Shown piece after piece: positions 39,064-48,619 of a DNA stretch of 64,000 bases; the first letter of the stretch is position 1; the number at the start of each line of letters is the position of its first letter. A program made the translations under genes and the position numbers. Under the pieces are notes generated by a model that saw nothing but the letters and a program-made list of their open reading frames with translations, had not been told where the DNA came from and ran no database searches. The stretch lies in assembly GCA_963677485.1 (NCBI GenBank), contig OY781964.1, positions 3,744,001 through 3,808,000 on the forward strand. Direction: 5' to 3'. The stretch comes from Armatimonadota bacterium (lineage in GTDB: Bacteria > Armatimonadota > HRBIN16).

Positions 39064-41163
39064 ATGACGTTATTAATGAAGTCGACGGCGGCCTTACTCA
39101 TGATGATCGTGTTGACGATTGTTCCAGCATTTGGATGGAGTGGTGATATGTCTCAGAATGATGTTACCAAAGTAGATTGCGCCAGCAGTCGCTGGTTCGA
39201 CAGCCTAACTCGGGCCACAGATGCGCGTCCGCAGGCTGTGCCATTTTCATTTACTTACAATGGAAAGCCTTCCTCGGAGTGGCTAGATAGCTGCCGGTTT
39301 GAGCGTTCCACGAAGCAGCTTGATGCGAACCGCAAGCAGCATACCTTGAGCTTCACCGACACAGCCACCGGGCTGGTTCTGACATGCGTCGCGGTGGATT
39401 ACCTGGATTTTCCAACGGTTGAGTGGACGCTCTATTTCAAGAATAGTGGCTCTGCAGACACGCCGATCATCGAGAATATCCAGGCTCTCAACCTGCGCAT
39501 TGAGAAGAAGCCCGTCGCTGATGACGAATATGTGCTTCACCACAACAACGGCACATTAGTGACTACCATCAACGTGCCCGCCGGCATACGCGACTATGAG
39601 CCGCTGACCACAGCACTCACGCCAGGCAAGAAGATGGCGTTTATCCCGCCTCAGGGGCGGCCGTGTGCCGGGGAGTGGCCGTACTACAACCTCGCCTGGA
39701 AGGGCGGGGGAGCCATCATCGTGGTGGGTTGGCCGGGTTCCTGGGCGGCTCGGTTCACGTGTGACGATGGCAACGGCTTGCAGGTGAGTGCCGGTCAGCA
39801 GAAGACGCATTTCGTGCTTCATCCTCAGGAGGAAGTCAGGAGCCCGTTGATCGTGGTGCAGCGCTACCAGGGTGATTGGATAGATGGACAGAACATCTGG
39901 CGCAGGTGGATGTTTGCACACAATATGCCGCGGCCGGGAGGCAAGCTGCCTGAGCCGATGACCGGCGCGTCGGACTGTGACTATGTGGCTGACATGGCCG
40001 TTGATGCCCAGCGAGAGATGCGCTCTATGGACCGTCACGCAGAGGAAAAGCTTCTTCCAGACTGCTGGTGGATTGACGCGGGCTGGTACAAGATGACCGA
40101 TGAGAACGGTGTGAAGTCCTACACCTACACCGGCACCTGGGAGGTGGATACCGATCGGTTCCCTAATGGTCTACGCCCAGTATTCGACTATGCCAAATCC
40201 AAGGGTATCGGTAAGGGCATCGTCTGGTTTGAGCCGGAGCGTGTGGCTCCTAAGCGGTGGCTCTATACGGAAAGGCCCCAATGGCTTCTCGGCCGTGAAG
40301 GCGAATACAAACTGTTGAACATGGGCAACCCAGAGGCTCTAGCCTGGGTGACCGACATGGTCGACAAGACGATGAACGACGGTGGTTTCACGATCTACCG
40401 CGAAGACTTCAATTTCGGACCATCCGACTGCTGGACCTATCACGAAGCCGAAAACAGGCAGGGTATCAACGAAATCAAGCATGTGACCGGACATCTGGCG
40501 TTCTGGACGGAGCTGCTCAGACGTAACCCCAACCGCATGATCGATACCTGCGCCTCCGGTGGGCACCGGCTGGACATCGAGACGCTGCGGCTGTCTGTGC
40601 CTCTGTGGCGTACTGACTACCCGCATGAACCGGTAGGGGCTCAAGGGATGACCTACGGACTGTCGATGTGGGTTCCATACAGCGGCACCGGCGTGCGGTC
40701 GGATGACCCCTACGTGGTGCGTAGCGATATGGCGCCATTCTTTGTTCTGACCTGGAATATGTTCAGCAAGGATGTCGACTACCCTGAGCTGCGGAAACTC
40801 ATGGCTGAGTGGCGCTCGATTAACCAATACTATAGAGGCGACTTCTACCCGCTGACGGAGTATAGCGCGTCGAATGCTGTCTGGATCGGCTGGCAGTTCC
40901 ATCGGATAGATATCGACGCCGGTATTGTGCAGCTATTCCGCCGTGCAGATTGCCCATATATTTCTGCCAGCTTCAAACTCAAGGGACTGGATCCGACCAG
41001 CGACTACCGTGTGACCAACGCCGAAACCGGAAAGAGCGTCATGCGGTCTGGTAAGCAGCTCATGGATGAGGGGCTGATCGGCACCATTGCCAAAAGACCG
41101 GGAGCGGTGAACTACATCTACACCAAACGCAAGCTCAGCAAGGCGAGAGCTGGTAACCAATGA
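39064..41163 (+). CDS. GH36 alpha-galactosidase-like protein, paralog 2
   Basis: Same motifs (WWIDAGW, WFEPE, YREDFN, CASGG, WRTD) and a signal peptide. Confidence 0.9.
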   Translation: MTLLMKSTAALLMMIVLTIVPAFGWSGDMSQNDVTKVDCASSRWFDSLTRATDARPQAVPFSFTYNGKPSSEWLDSCRFERSTKQLDANRKQHTLSFTDTATGLVLTCVAVDYLDFPTVEWTLYFKNSGSADTPIIENIQALNLRIEKKPVADDEYVLHHNNGTLVTTINVPAGIRDYEPLTTALTPGKKMAFIPPQGRPCAGEWPYYNLAWKGGGAIIVVGWPGSWAARFTCDDGNGLQVSAGQQKTHFVLHPQEEVRSPLIVVQRYQGDWIDGQNIWRRWMFAHNMPRPGGKLPEPMTGASDCDYVADMAVDAQREMRSMDRHAEEKLLPDCWWIDAGWYKMTDENGVKSYTYTGTWEVDTDRFPNGLRPVFDYAKSKGIGKGIVWFEPERVAPKRWLYTERPQWLLGREGEYKLLNMGNPEALAWVTDMVDKTMNDGGFTIYREDFNFGPSDCWTYHEAENRQGINEIKHVTGHLAFWTELLRRNPNRMIDTCASGGHRLDIETLRLSVPLWRTDYPHEPVGAQGMTYGLSMWVPYSGTGVRSDDPYVVRSDMAPFFVLTWNMFSKDVDYPELRKLMAEWRSINQYYRGDFYPLTEYSASNAVWIGWQFHRIDIDAGIVQLFRRADCPYISASFKLKGLDPTSDYRVTNAETGKSVMRSGKQLMDEGLIGTIAKRPGAVNYIYTKRKLSKARAGNQ

Positions 41164-41218
41164 TCGAAGCGCACAGAATGCAGACGCGTGTTTCGGTATA
41201 GAAACGGGGAGCAGCACA

Positions 41219-43294
41219 GTGCATTTAGTTACTAAGAGATTGATCGCCATTTTGATCACGCTGTTAATGGTGGTCCAGACATGGGGTATGGATATGTCCA
41301 ATAACGTGCTACCACAGATCGTCCAGAATGACAGCCGTTCGGCCTGGTTTGGTAACATCACCGGATCTGGCAGGGAGTGTCCTTCGTCGCTGCCATTTTC
41401 ATTTACCTACAACGGAAAGCCCTCCTCGGAGTGGCTCTCTAGCTGCCGGTTTGGGCGTTCCACAAAAGCGCTGAATGCAAACCGCAAGCAGCATACCTTG
41501 AGTTTCACCGACCCAGCCACCGGGCTGGTTCTGACATGCGTCGCGATGGAGTATCTGGATTTCCCCACGGTAGAGTGGACGCTCTATTTCAAGAATAGCG
41601 GCTCTGAGGATACACCAATCATCGAAAACATCCAGGCTCTTGACCTGCGCATTGAGAAGAAGCCAGTTGCTGACGATGAGTATGTGCTTCACCACAACAA
41701 CGGCACATTAGTGACCACAATCAACGTGCCGGCTGGCATCCAAGACTACGAGCCACTGACCACAGCACTCACGCCAGGTAAGAAGATGGCGTTTATCCCG
41801 CCTCAAGGGCGCCCATGTGCCGGCGAGTGGCCGTATTACAATCTGGCATGGAAGGGCGGGGGAGCCATCATCGTGGTGGGTTGGCCTGGGGCATGGGCCG
41901 CAAGCTTCACGCGTGATGAGGGCAACGGCTTGGATGTCAAAGCCGGGCAGCAGCATACGCACTTCAAGCTGCACCCGCAGGAGGAGCTGAGAAGCCCTCT
42001 GGTGGTCGTGCAGCGATACTCTGGCGACTGGATCGGTGCCCAAAACTCCTGGCGCCGATGGATGTTTGCGCACAATATCCCCAGGCCAGGCGGGAAGCTG
42101 CCAGAGCCGATGACCGGCGGCTTCGCAGGCTACTACTTCCCAGACCTCACCATCACCCAACAAGGTGAGAACCAGGCGATCGACCGGTATAAACAGGAAC
42201 GGCTGCTGCCCGATAGTTGGTGGGTAGACGCAGGCTGGTATGAGATGACCGATGATAAAGGTGTGAACTCATACACATATACCGGAACCTGGGAGACTGA
42301 CATGAAGCGATTCCCTGGTGGATTGAACGCGGTGTTCAGCCATGCTCGGGAGAGCGGCATCGGAAAGGGCATCCTCTGGTTAGAACCAGAGCGTGTAGCC
42401 CCTAATCGATGGCTTTACGAAAAGCGTCCTCAGTGGCTGTTGGGCCGCGAGGGTCAATACAAGCTGCTGAATATGGGAAATCCGGATGCGCTGGAGTGGG
42501 TCACCAACATGGTGGACCGCACCCTCAACGAGGCGGGTATCACCGTCTATCGTGAAGATTTCAACTTCGGACCACTCGACTGCTGGACATACAATGAACC
42601 TGAAGACCGGCAGGGAGTGAATGAGATCAAGCATGTGACGGGACACCTGGCGTTCTGGAAAGAGCTGCTCCAGCGTAACCCCAACCGCATGATCGACACC
42701 TGCGCCTCTGGTGGACACCGGCTGGACCTTGAGACTCTCCGACTCTCCGTGCCGTTATGGCGCACCGACTATCCTTGGGAGCCTATCGGGCAGCAGGGGC
42801 AGACCTACGGTCTGTCAATGTGGGTGCCCTATCATGGCACCGGAGTGGTCTCAGACGACCCGTATATCATGCGCAGCGACATGGCTCCCTTCTTCTTGAT
42901 GTCGTGGGATATGAACCGCAAGGACATAGACTTCAACAGGCTGCGGAAGCTGATGGCGGAGTGGCGTAAGATATCGAAATATTACAACGGAGATTTCTAC
43001 CCGCTGTCTGAGTATAGTGTGTCGAACAGCGTATGGATGGCCTGGCAATATAACCGAACCGACGTAAATGGGGGACTGGTGCAGTTGTTCCGCCGCGCGG
43101 AGTGTCCGTATATCTCGGCTAGTTACAAGCTCAAGGGGCTAGATGCCAAGATGCAATACCGCGTGATGAACCTGGAGACCGGAAAGAGCATCACGGTCAG
43201 CGGTACCGTTCTGATGGATGAAGGCATCACAGGAAGTATCACGAGCAAGCCAGGTGCGGTGAACTACATCTACACAAAAGTAGATGCGAAGTAA
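41219..43294 (+). CDS. GH36 alpha-galactosidase-like protein, paralog 3
   Basis: Same motifs. SD GGGGAG before GTG 41219. Confidence 0.9.
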   Translation: MHLVTKRLIAILITLLMVVQTWGMDMSNNVLPQIVQNDSRSAWFGNITGSGRECPSSLPFSFTYNGKPSSEWLSSCRFGRSTKALNANRKQHTLSFTDPATGLVLTCVAMEYLDFPTVEWTLYFKNSGSEDTPIIENIQALDLRIEKKPVADDEYVLHHNNGTLVTTINVPAGIQDYEPLTTALTPGKKMAFIPPQGRPCAGEWPYYNLAWKGGGAIIVVGWPGAWAASFTRDEGNGLDVKAGQQHTHFKLHPQEELRSPLVVVQRYSGDWIGAQNSWRRWMFAHNIPRPGGKLPEPMTGGFAGYYFPDLTITQQGENQAIDRYKQERLLPDSWWVDAGWYEMTDDKGVNSYTYTGTWETDMKRFPGGLNAVFSHARESGIGKGILWLEPERVAPNRWLYEKRPQWLLGREGQYKLLNMGNPDALEWVTNMVDRTLNEAGITVYREDFNFGPLDCWTYNEPEDRQGVNEIKHVTGHLAFWKELLQRNPNRMIDTCASGGHRLDLETLRLSVPLWRTDYPWEPIGQQGQTYGLSMWVPYHGTGVVSDDPYIMRSDMAPFFLMSWDMNRKDIDFNRLRKLMAEWRKISKYYNGDFYPLSEYSVSNSVWMAWQYNRTDVNGGLVQLFRRAECPYISASYKLKGLDAKMQYRVMNLETGKSITVSGTVLMDEGITGSITSKPGAVNYIYTKVDAK

Positions 43295-43299
43295 GTGTT

Positions 43300-45363
43300 A
43301 TGAAACCAATACTATTGAGCACCATGATGCTGATGGCAGTCAGCGCTTGGAGCATGAACCTGTCGAAAAGTGAGGTGACACGCGTGTCAGATATTACTGC
43401 AGCGAATACGAGTGTGAGCAGTCTGGATTTGTCTGGAAATGGCCCGATCAAGGCTCTGCCTGTTTCGTTCCTATATGGGGGTAAGCCGTCAGCGGATTGG
43501 CTTGCCGGATGCCAGTTCAAGCGATCGGCCAAGATGCTGGACAAGACCCGCAAGCAGCATACGCTGATCTACACCGACCGAGCGACAGGGTTGGTCATGA
43601 GCTGCGTGGCTGTGGAGTATCTTGACTTTCCGACCGTCGAGTGGACTCTGCATTTCAAGAACAGCGGCACATCGGACACACCCATCATCGAAAACATTCA
43701 AGCGTTGGATATGCGGTTGGATCAGGCTCCGGATGCCAACAAGGGGTATCTGCTGCATCACAACAACGGAACCCTGGTGACCACCATCAACGTGCCAGCA
43801 GGCATACGCGACTATGAGCCGTTGACCACTGAACTCACCGCAGGCAAGAAGCTGGCATTCATCCCGCCTCAAGGTCGGCCGTGTGCTGGTGAGTGGCCGT
43901 ATTACAACCTGGCCTGGAAGGGTGGAGGCGCGATCATCGTGGTGGGTTGGCCCGGAGCCTGGACCGCCCGGTTTGAGCGCGATGACGCGAATGGTCTGCA
44001 TGTGACCGCCGGCCAACAGAAGACGCATTTCCTTCTACACCCGCAGGAGGAGGTCCGAAGTCCACTCATCGTCATCCAACAGTATAAGGGCGACTGGATC
44101 GATGGGCAGAACATGTGGCGGCAGTGGATGTTTGCTCACAATATGCCACGTCCCGGGGGCAAGCTTCCAAAACCGATGACCGGTGCGATCGACCTGTTCT
44201 ACTTCCCGAACCTCATGATCTCGGAAAAAGGCGAGAACCAGTTCATCGATCGGTATGCTGAGGAGCGGCTTCTACCGGACTGCTGGTGGGTAGATGCTGG
44301 TTGGTATGAGATGACGGACGAGAAGGGTGAATCATCCTACACATTCACCGGCACCTGGGAAATTGACAGAAAGAGGTTCCCAAACGGGCTGCGCGGGGTG
44401 TTCGATCATGCGAAGTCGAAGGGTATCGGGCAGGGGATATTATGGTTTGAACCGGAGCGAGTGGCACCTAAGCGTTGGCTTTATACAGAGAGGCCCCAGT
44501 GGCTGTTGGGCCGAGAAGGCGAATATAAGCTGCTAAATATGGGCAACCCCGAATCTTTAGCATGGGTGACCGACATGGTCGACAAGGCGATGAATGATGG
44601 CGGATTTTTGATATACCGTGAGGACTACAATTTCGGACCGCTGGATTGCTGGTCGTATCAAGAGCCTGAGAATCGGCAGGGGATCAATGAGATCAATCAT
44701 GTGACTGGTCATCTGGCGTTCTGGAAGGAGATTCTCAGGCGCAACCCCAAGCGCATGATCGACACGTGCGCTTCGGGTGGTCACCGACTAGATATCGAGA
44801 CGCTGCGGCTCTCTGTTCCGCTGTGGCGGACCGATTACCCGTTTGATCCGGTAGCTCAGCAGGGGCAGACCTACGGCTTGTCGATGTGGGTTCCTTACAA
44901 CGGAACCGGAATCGACAAAGACGACGCATACACCGTGCGCAGCGACATGACCCCTTTTTTCCTGATGGCGTGGGATATGAACCGCAAAGACCAGGACTAT
45001 GCAGGCCTTCGGAAGATGGTGGCCGAGTGGCGGAAGATCACGGACTATTACAGCGGCGACTTCTACCCGCTGACCTCCTACAGCGTGTCCAACACCGACT
45101 GGATGGCGTGGCAGTTCCACAGACGCGACAAGGATGCGGGTTCAGTGCAGGTATTTCGCAGGGCGGACAGTCCTCACGATGGTGCGGAATTTAGGCTCAA
45201 GGGTCTTGATGTTGATGCCGAATATCGGGTGACTGATCTCGACACAGGCAAGAGTGTGGTGATCACTGGCAAGGAGCTGACGGAAGTCGGCTTGCAGGTC
45301 ACGATGAAGACGAGACCTTGCGCTACGACATTCGTGTATACGAAACGCGGTAATCGGAAATAG
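43300..45363 (+). CDS. GH36 alpha-galactosidase-like protein, paralog 4
   Basis: Same motifs (YREDYN variant). Confidence 0.9.
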   Translation: MKPILLSTMMLMAVSAWSMNLSKSEVTRVSDITAANTSVSSLDLSGNGPIKALPVSFLYGGKPSADWLAGCQFKRSAKMLDKTRKQHTLIYTDRATGLVMSCVAVEYLDFPTVEWTLHFKNSGTSDTPIIENIQALDMRLDQAPDANKGYLLHHNNGTLVTTINVPAGIRDYEPLTTELTAGKKLAFIPPQGRPCAGEWPYYNLAWKGGGAIIVVGWPGAWTARFERDDANGLHVTAGQQKTHFLLHPQEEVRSPLIVIQQYKGDWIDGQNMWRQWMFAHNMPRPGGKLPKPMTGAIDLFYFPNLMISEKGENQFIDRYAEERLLPDCWWVDAGWYEMTDEKGESSYTFTGTWEIDRKRFPNGLRGVFDHAKSKGIGQGILWFEPERVAPKRWLYTERPQWLLGREGEYKLLNMGNPESLAWVTDMVDKAMNDGGFLIYREDYNFGPLDCWSYQEPENRQGINEINHVTGHLAFWKEILRRNPKRMIDTCASGGHRLDIETLRLSVPLWRTDYPFDPVAQQGQTYGLSMWVPYNGTGIDKDDAYTVRSDMTPFFLMAWDMNRKDQDYAGLRKMVAEWRKITDYYSGDFYPLTSYSVSNTDWMAWQFHRRDKDAGSVQVFRRADSPHDGAEFRLKGLDVDAEYRVTDLDTGKSVVITGKELTEVGLQVTMKTRPCATTFVYTKRGNRK

Positions 45364-45367
45364 GCTG

Positions 45368-45395
45368 GTAGGGGCAGCTCCCCGTGGCTGCCCCT
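45368..45395 (+). repeat. GTAG-type REP hairpin
   Basis: GTAGGGGCAGC-TCCCCGTG-GCTGCCCCT. Confidence 0.6.
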
Positions 45396-45410
45396 GACTA
45401 AGATCGTCTG

Positions 45411-45442
45411 AACCGCGGATGGACACGGATGGACGCGGATGG
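45411..45442 (+). repeat. 10-bp tandem repeat, about 3 copies of AC(A/G)CGGATGG
   Basis: aaccgcggat ggacacggat ggacgcggat gg. Confidence 0.6.
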
Positions 45443-45503
45443 GGAGAGAGACCAGCCCGGAAATGAACACCGGACTGGTCATTCGAAAACATGGCATGTC
45501 GCC

Positions 45504-47687
45504 TTATAGCGGCGTCGGGTCGACCTTCGTCCAGGGGGTGAAAGCGCCCATCGTGTGGCCTTTGATCTGGCGCTGGTATATCTTGTCGCCGCAGAAGGCG
45601 TAGAGCGTGTTCATCTCGGCACCTCCGATGCAGATGCCGGTCACTCGACCCTTGGGCACGGGAATGATGACCTGCGTCGGCCCGTCATCTGCGCAGACCT
45701 GGATCCCAAGCCTGGTGGCTGCAAACAGGTGTCCCTCACGGTCGTAGCAGAGGGCCTCGGTGCCCGCATCATCATCCCAGTCGGCCACATGAAGCCAGAA
45801 GAACCGCTCGCGATGGGCCACCGTGCCGTCAGGGTTTACTTGGTAGCTGTATATCCACTTGGAGCTTCTATCTGCAACGGCCAGCAACCACTGGTCCGGG
45901 CGCATGGCAAGTCCAGTGGCGGATTTCGCCACGGTGTCGAGCTTTGTCGTCTTACCGCCCTTCACGAGCCACAGGCTGCTGGTTTGGCCTGCCACACCCG
46001 AGCTGGTGACATAGACGCCACCATCGGGCTTGGCCATGATATACTGCCCCTTCAGACCTTCAGCAACCACCTTGCCTTTCCCTGCGGCATCGTAGCGCAT
46101 CACCTGACCGGTGGTGGTTGAGGCCGTGTAGAGTTCGCCTTTGGGGCCGAAGCTCAAGCTGTTCGCATGGAGTGCGTCCTTGATGAATGGTTGTGTCTTG
46201 CCATCCAAGCCTATGCGGTCAATGCGATTGGTTGCGGCATCGATGAAGAAGACCTCACCCTTCGAGTTGGTGGCAGCCCCCTTGAGCTGCTTAAAACCAC
46301 CGGAGCACAGCTTCCAGGACTGCTCAGGCACCAAGATATCCTGAGCACGCGGAGCACCAACACCGGCTTTCACCGGCTCAGGCCAGCCTTTCCAAAGGTA
46401 GCGCAAGCCCTCCGTCAGGCCTGATGGTCCACCACCCGCCCCATGTCCGCCTTCGATGGTGTGGAAGATGTAGTCGTAGCCACAGAATTTCAAGCTCTTT
46501 TCCATCTCCAAGTCCAATAGCGTCCAGTCACCGGCACAGTTCTCCATGTCATGCGTGCCGGTGGTGAGGAATGCTCGTATGGGCTTAGCTTCCGTCTTGC
46601 GCACCAGGGTGGGGAACTCATGCGCTCCGCGAAAGGCGACGAAACTGCCGCTGACCGCATACACTCTGCTGAACGCATCGGGACGCTCCCAGGCGGCATT
46701 GAACGCGCAGATGCCGCCGCTGGATCCGCCGCCGATACAACGGTCGTTGCCGCTGGTGGAGAGATTGAGCTTCTCCGTTTTGGCGACATATGGGAGTATC
46801 TCTTCGGTGATAAAGCGCACATAGTTATCGCCCATGGCGTCATACTCAAAATCGCGATTTCGCCGGACGTCGGTATCCATGCCCGTCGGAGCCGGAAGCC
46901 AGCCGGAGCTGACGAATACGCCGACCGTGACTGGCATCTGCTTGGTGGCTATGAGCTCATCCAACACCCGCGCTTCCCAATTACCAAAACCATCCTGCTG
47001 TACATAGACACAGGCCGGTTTCGAGGGGTCGTATTGCGCTGGTACGTAAACCCAATATTGGCGTATGGTTCCGGGAAATATTTTACTTTGGTTGAATGTG
47101 CCTGTGGTGATCCGTCCTTTTGGGTTTGGCACGGGCACGCCATCTTTGGTGCTGACGATGCTCCACTGAAGGTGTTCATCCCCATCGATCAAGTCCCAGA
47201 TATCTTGCCTGGATCCTGGTGTCTCACCGCCACCGAAATCATCGATACCCTTCAACGGGGCATGTTTGGGGATGATACTGAGTTTCCCACTGTCGTTCAG
47301 CTTGATGGACCAAAGCTGCCAGTCCAATCCCTGATCTTTGGAGAGAACGAGTTGGGTTCCATTGGCCGTTCCGCCATCTTGGACCGTCAGCACGAGTTCC
47401 GTGCTATACGAAGGGCGGATCGAGTACTGGCCGTTTCCTCTTGAGGTAAACACCCACTTCTGGTTAGCTGAACCTGTGGGTTTCCCGATTGAGACCACGG
47501 TGCCATCGGTTGTTCCCGAGTTGACCGCTTCAAGAACCATATCCGGTGCGCTGACCGGCAGCAGATATTTCTCTCCACTCCACTGATCTTGATTGGTGTC
47601 TTGTGCAGAGGCTGATCCTGAGCCAAAATGCGAAAGAAGCATGAGAAGCATGACGATCCCCCCGAAATACCTGCGATGTAGTTTCAT
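45504..47687 (-). CDS. Secreted fusion: ricin-B lectin + Fes-like esterase + SMP-30/gluconolactonase
   Basis: Signal peptide, QKW/QLW/LQW beta-trefoil repeats, YWVYVPAQY..QDG, R..EYD, GGSSGGICAF nucleophile elbow, and a C-terminal six-bladed propeller (D.EG.L..AT..GIQV). Confidence 0.85.
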   Translation of the reverse strand: MKLHRRYFGGIVMLLMLLSHFGSGSASAQDTNQDQWSGEKYLLPVSAPDMVLEAVNSGTTDGTVVSIGKPTGSANQKWVFTSRGNGQYSIRPSYSTELVLTVQDGGTANGTQLVLSKDQGLDWQLWSIKLNDSGKLSIIPKHAPLKGIDDFGGGETPGSRQDIWDLIDGDEHLQWSIVSTKDGVPVPNPKGRITTGTFNQSKIFPGTIRQYWVYVPAQYDPSKPACVYVQQDGFGNWEARVLDELIATKQMPVTVGVFVSSGWLPAPTGMDTDVRRNRDFEYDAMGDNYVRFITEEILPYVAKTEKLNLSTSGNDRCIGGGSSGGICAFNAAWERPDAFSRVYAVSGSFVAFRGAHEFPTLVRKTEAKPIRAFLTTGTHDMENCAGDWTLLDLEMEKSLKFCGYDYIFHTIEGGHGAGGGPSGLTEGLRYLWKGWPEPVKAGVGAPRAQDILVPEQSWKLCSGGFKQLKGAATNSKGEVFFIDAATNRIDRIGLDGKTQPFIKDALHANSLSFGPKGELYTASTTTGQVMRYDAAGKGKVVAEGLKGQYIMAKPDGGVYVTSSGVAGQTSSLWLVKGGKTTKLDTVAKSATGLAMRPDQWLLAVADRSSKWIYSYQVNPDGTVAHRERFFWLHVADWDDDAGTEALCYDREGHLFAATRLGIQVCADDGPTQVIIPVPKGRVTGICIGGAEMNTLYAFCGDKIYQRQIKGHTMGAFTPWTKVDPTPL

Positions 47688-47750
47688 ACGGTCAATCCTT
47701 TACTGGCGTATCTGTCAATTCCTTTACCTTCAAAGCATGTAAGCAACTTG

Positions 47751-47920
47751 GTTGGCTATGTCCGGGGCGGTCTGTCAGTATGCCTGCGGTGGCCACTATC
47801 TATAGACCGCGCCGGTCTTGTTCTCGAACCCAAACCAGGGAGGCTAACCGCCAGACCGGCGCGGTCTCGAGCCTTCTGCAGCCATTAGCCTACGCACAGA
47901 CCGCCCCGGACATAGCCAAC
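47751..47920 (+). repeat. 170-bp nested palindromic element, copy 3
   Basis: Perfect terminal IR GTTGGCTATGTCCGGGGCGGTCTGT / ACAGACCGCCCCGGACATAGCCAAC. Confidence 0.9.
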
Positions 47921-48051
47921 GCTTGTAATGATACAGGCGAACGACTCGTCGCCTATCTATATGTTGCTTCAGCAGGACGCATCAGTTGCAACATGGGCTG
48001 CCGTGCCAGCACAAGCCGTTGCTTACTACTATATCATATGGCATTCGGGGC

Positions 48052-48095
48052 TAAAAATAGAACGGCCGCCCTGTTTGAAAAAACGGGGCGGCCGT
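48052..48095 (-). terminator. Intrinsic terminator of the dsbD-thioredoxin operon
   Basis: ACGGCCGCCC...GGGCGGCCGT stem, followed on the - strand by TCTATTTTTA. Confidence 0.65.
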
Positions 48096-48107
48096 GAGTC
48101 GTTTCCT

Positions 48108-48590
48108 CTACTTGGCTTTAATAGCCTTGTCTAGCGAGGCACCGTAAGAAGCAGGGGGAGCAAACCCGACCACCGAAGCATCGGGCAGGTATTTACCAGA
48201 CTTGCTGATCAATACCGTGGTGGGGAAGCCCTGAATGCCATACTTCTCGGCCGCAGCGGACTCATCAGGTGTGGTGGAGTTGCGGTCGGTCATGTCAGCA
48301 AGCAAGAAGACGAACTTCTTGGCTTTAGCTTGCACGCCTTTATCGGTAAATGTCTCAGTCTTTAGTTTCGTGCAATATCCACACCATTCGGCCGTGAAGA
48401 AAATCGCAACGGGCTTCTTGGCTTTAATCGCCTTATTGACAGCCGCCGGGGTGTATTGCTCCATCTTGATACCCGACTCTTTGCGCGGGCCTGCAGGTGA
48501 GTTGGGTTGTTCAGATTGGGCGCGAGATATCATCGGTACTATTGCGATTGCAGCGAGCAACGCAACCAGTATTGGGTTTTTGAGTTTCAT
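48108..48590 (-). CDS. Exported thioredoxin-family protein
   Basis: Signal peptide, FTAEWCGYC and cis-Pro loop GFPT. SD AAGGAG. Confidence 0.9.
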   Translation of the reverse strand: MKLKNPILVALLAAIAIVPMISRAQSEQPNSPAGPRKESGIKMEQYTPAAVNKAIKAKKPVAIFFTAEWCGYCTKLKTETFTDKGVQAKAKKFVFLLADMTDRNSTTPDESAAAEKYGIQGFPTTVLISKSGKYLPDASVVGFAPPASYGASLDKAIKAK

Positions 48591-48619
48591 GGTTCTGGTC
48601 TCCTTCATTGATCTCTCGA

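Noticed and set aside
37002-45363. Diversity-generating retroelement or pure assembly duplication
   Set aside because: No reverse transcriptase, and differences are not adenine-specific. Paralogs differ at many synonymous sites throughout.
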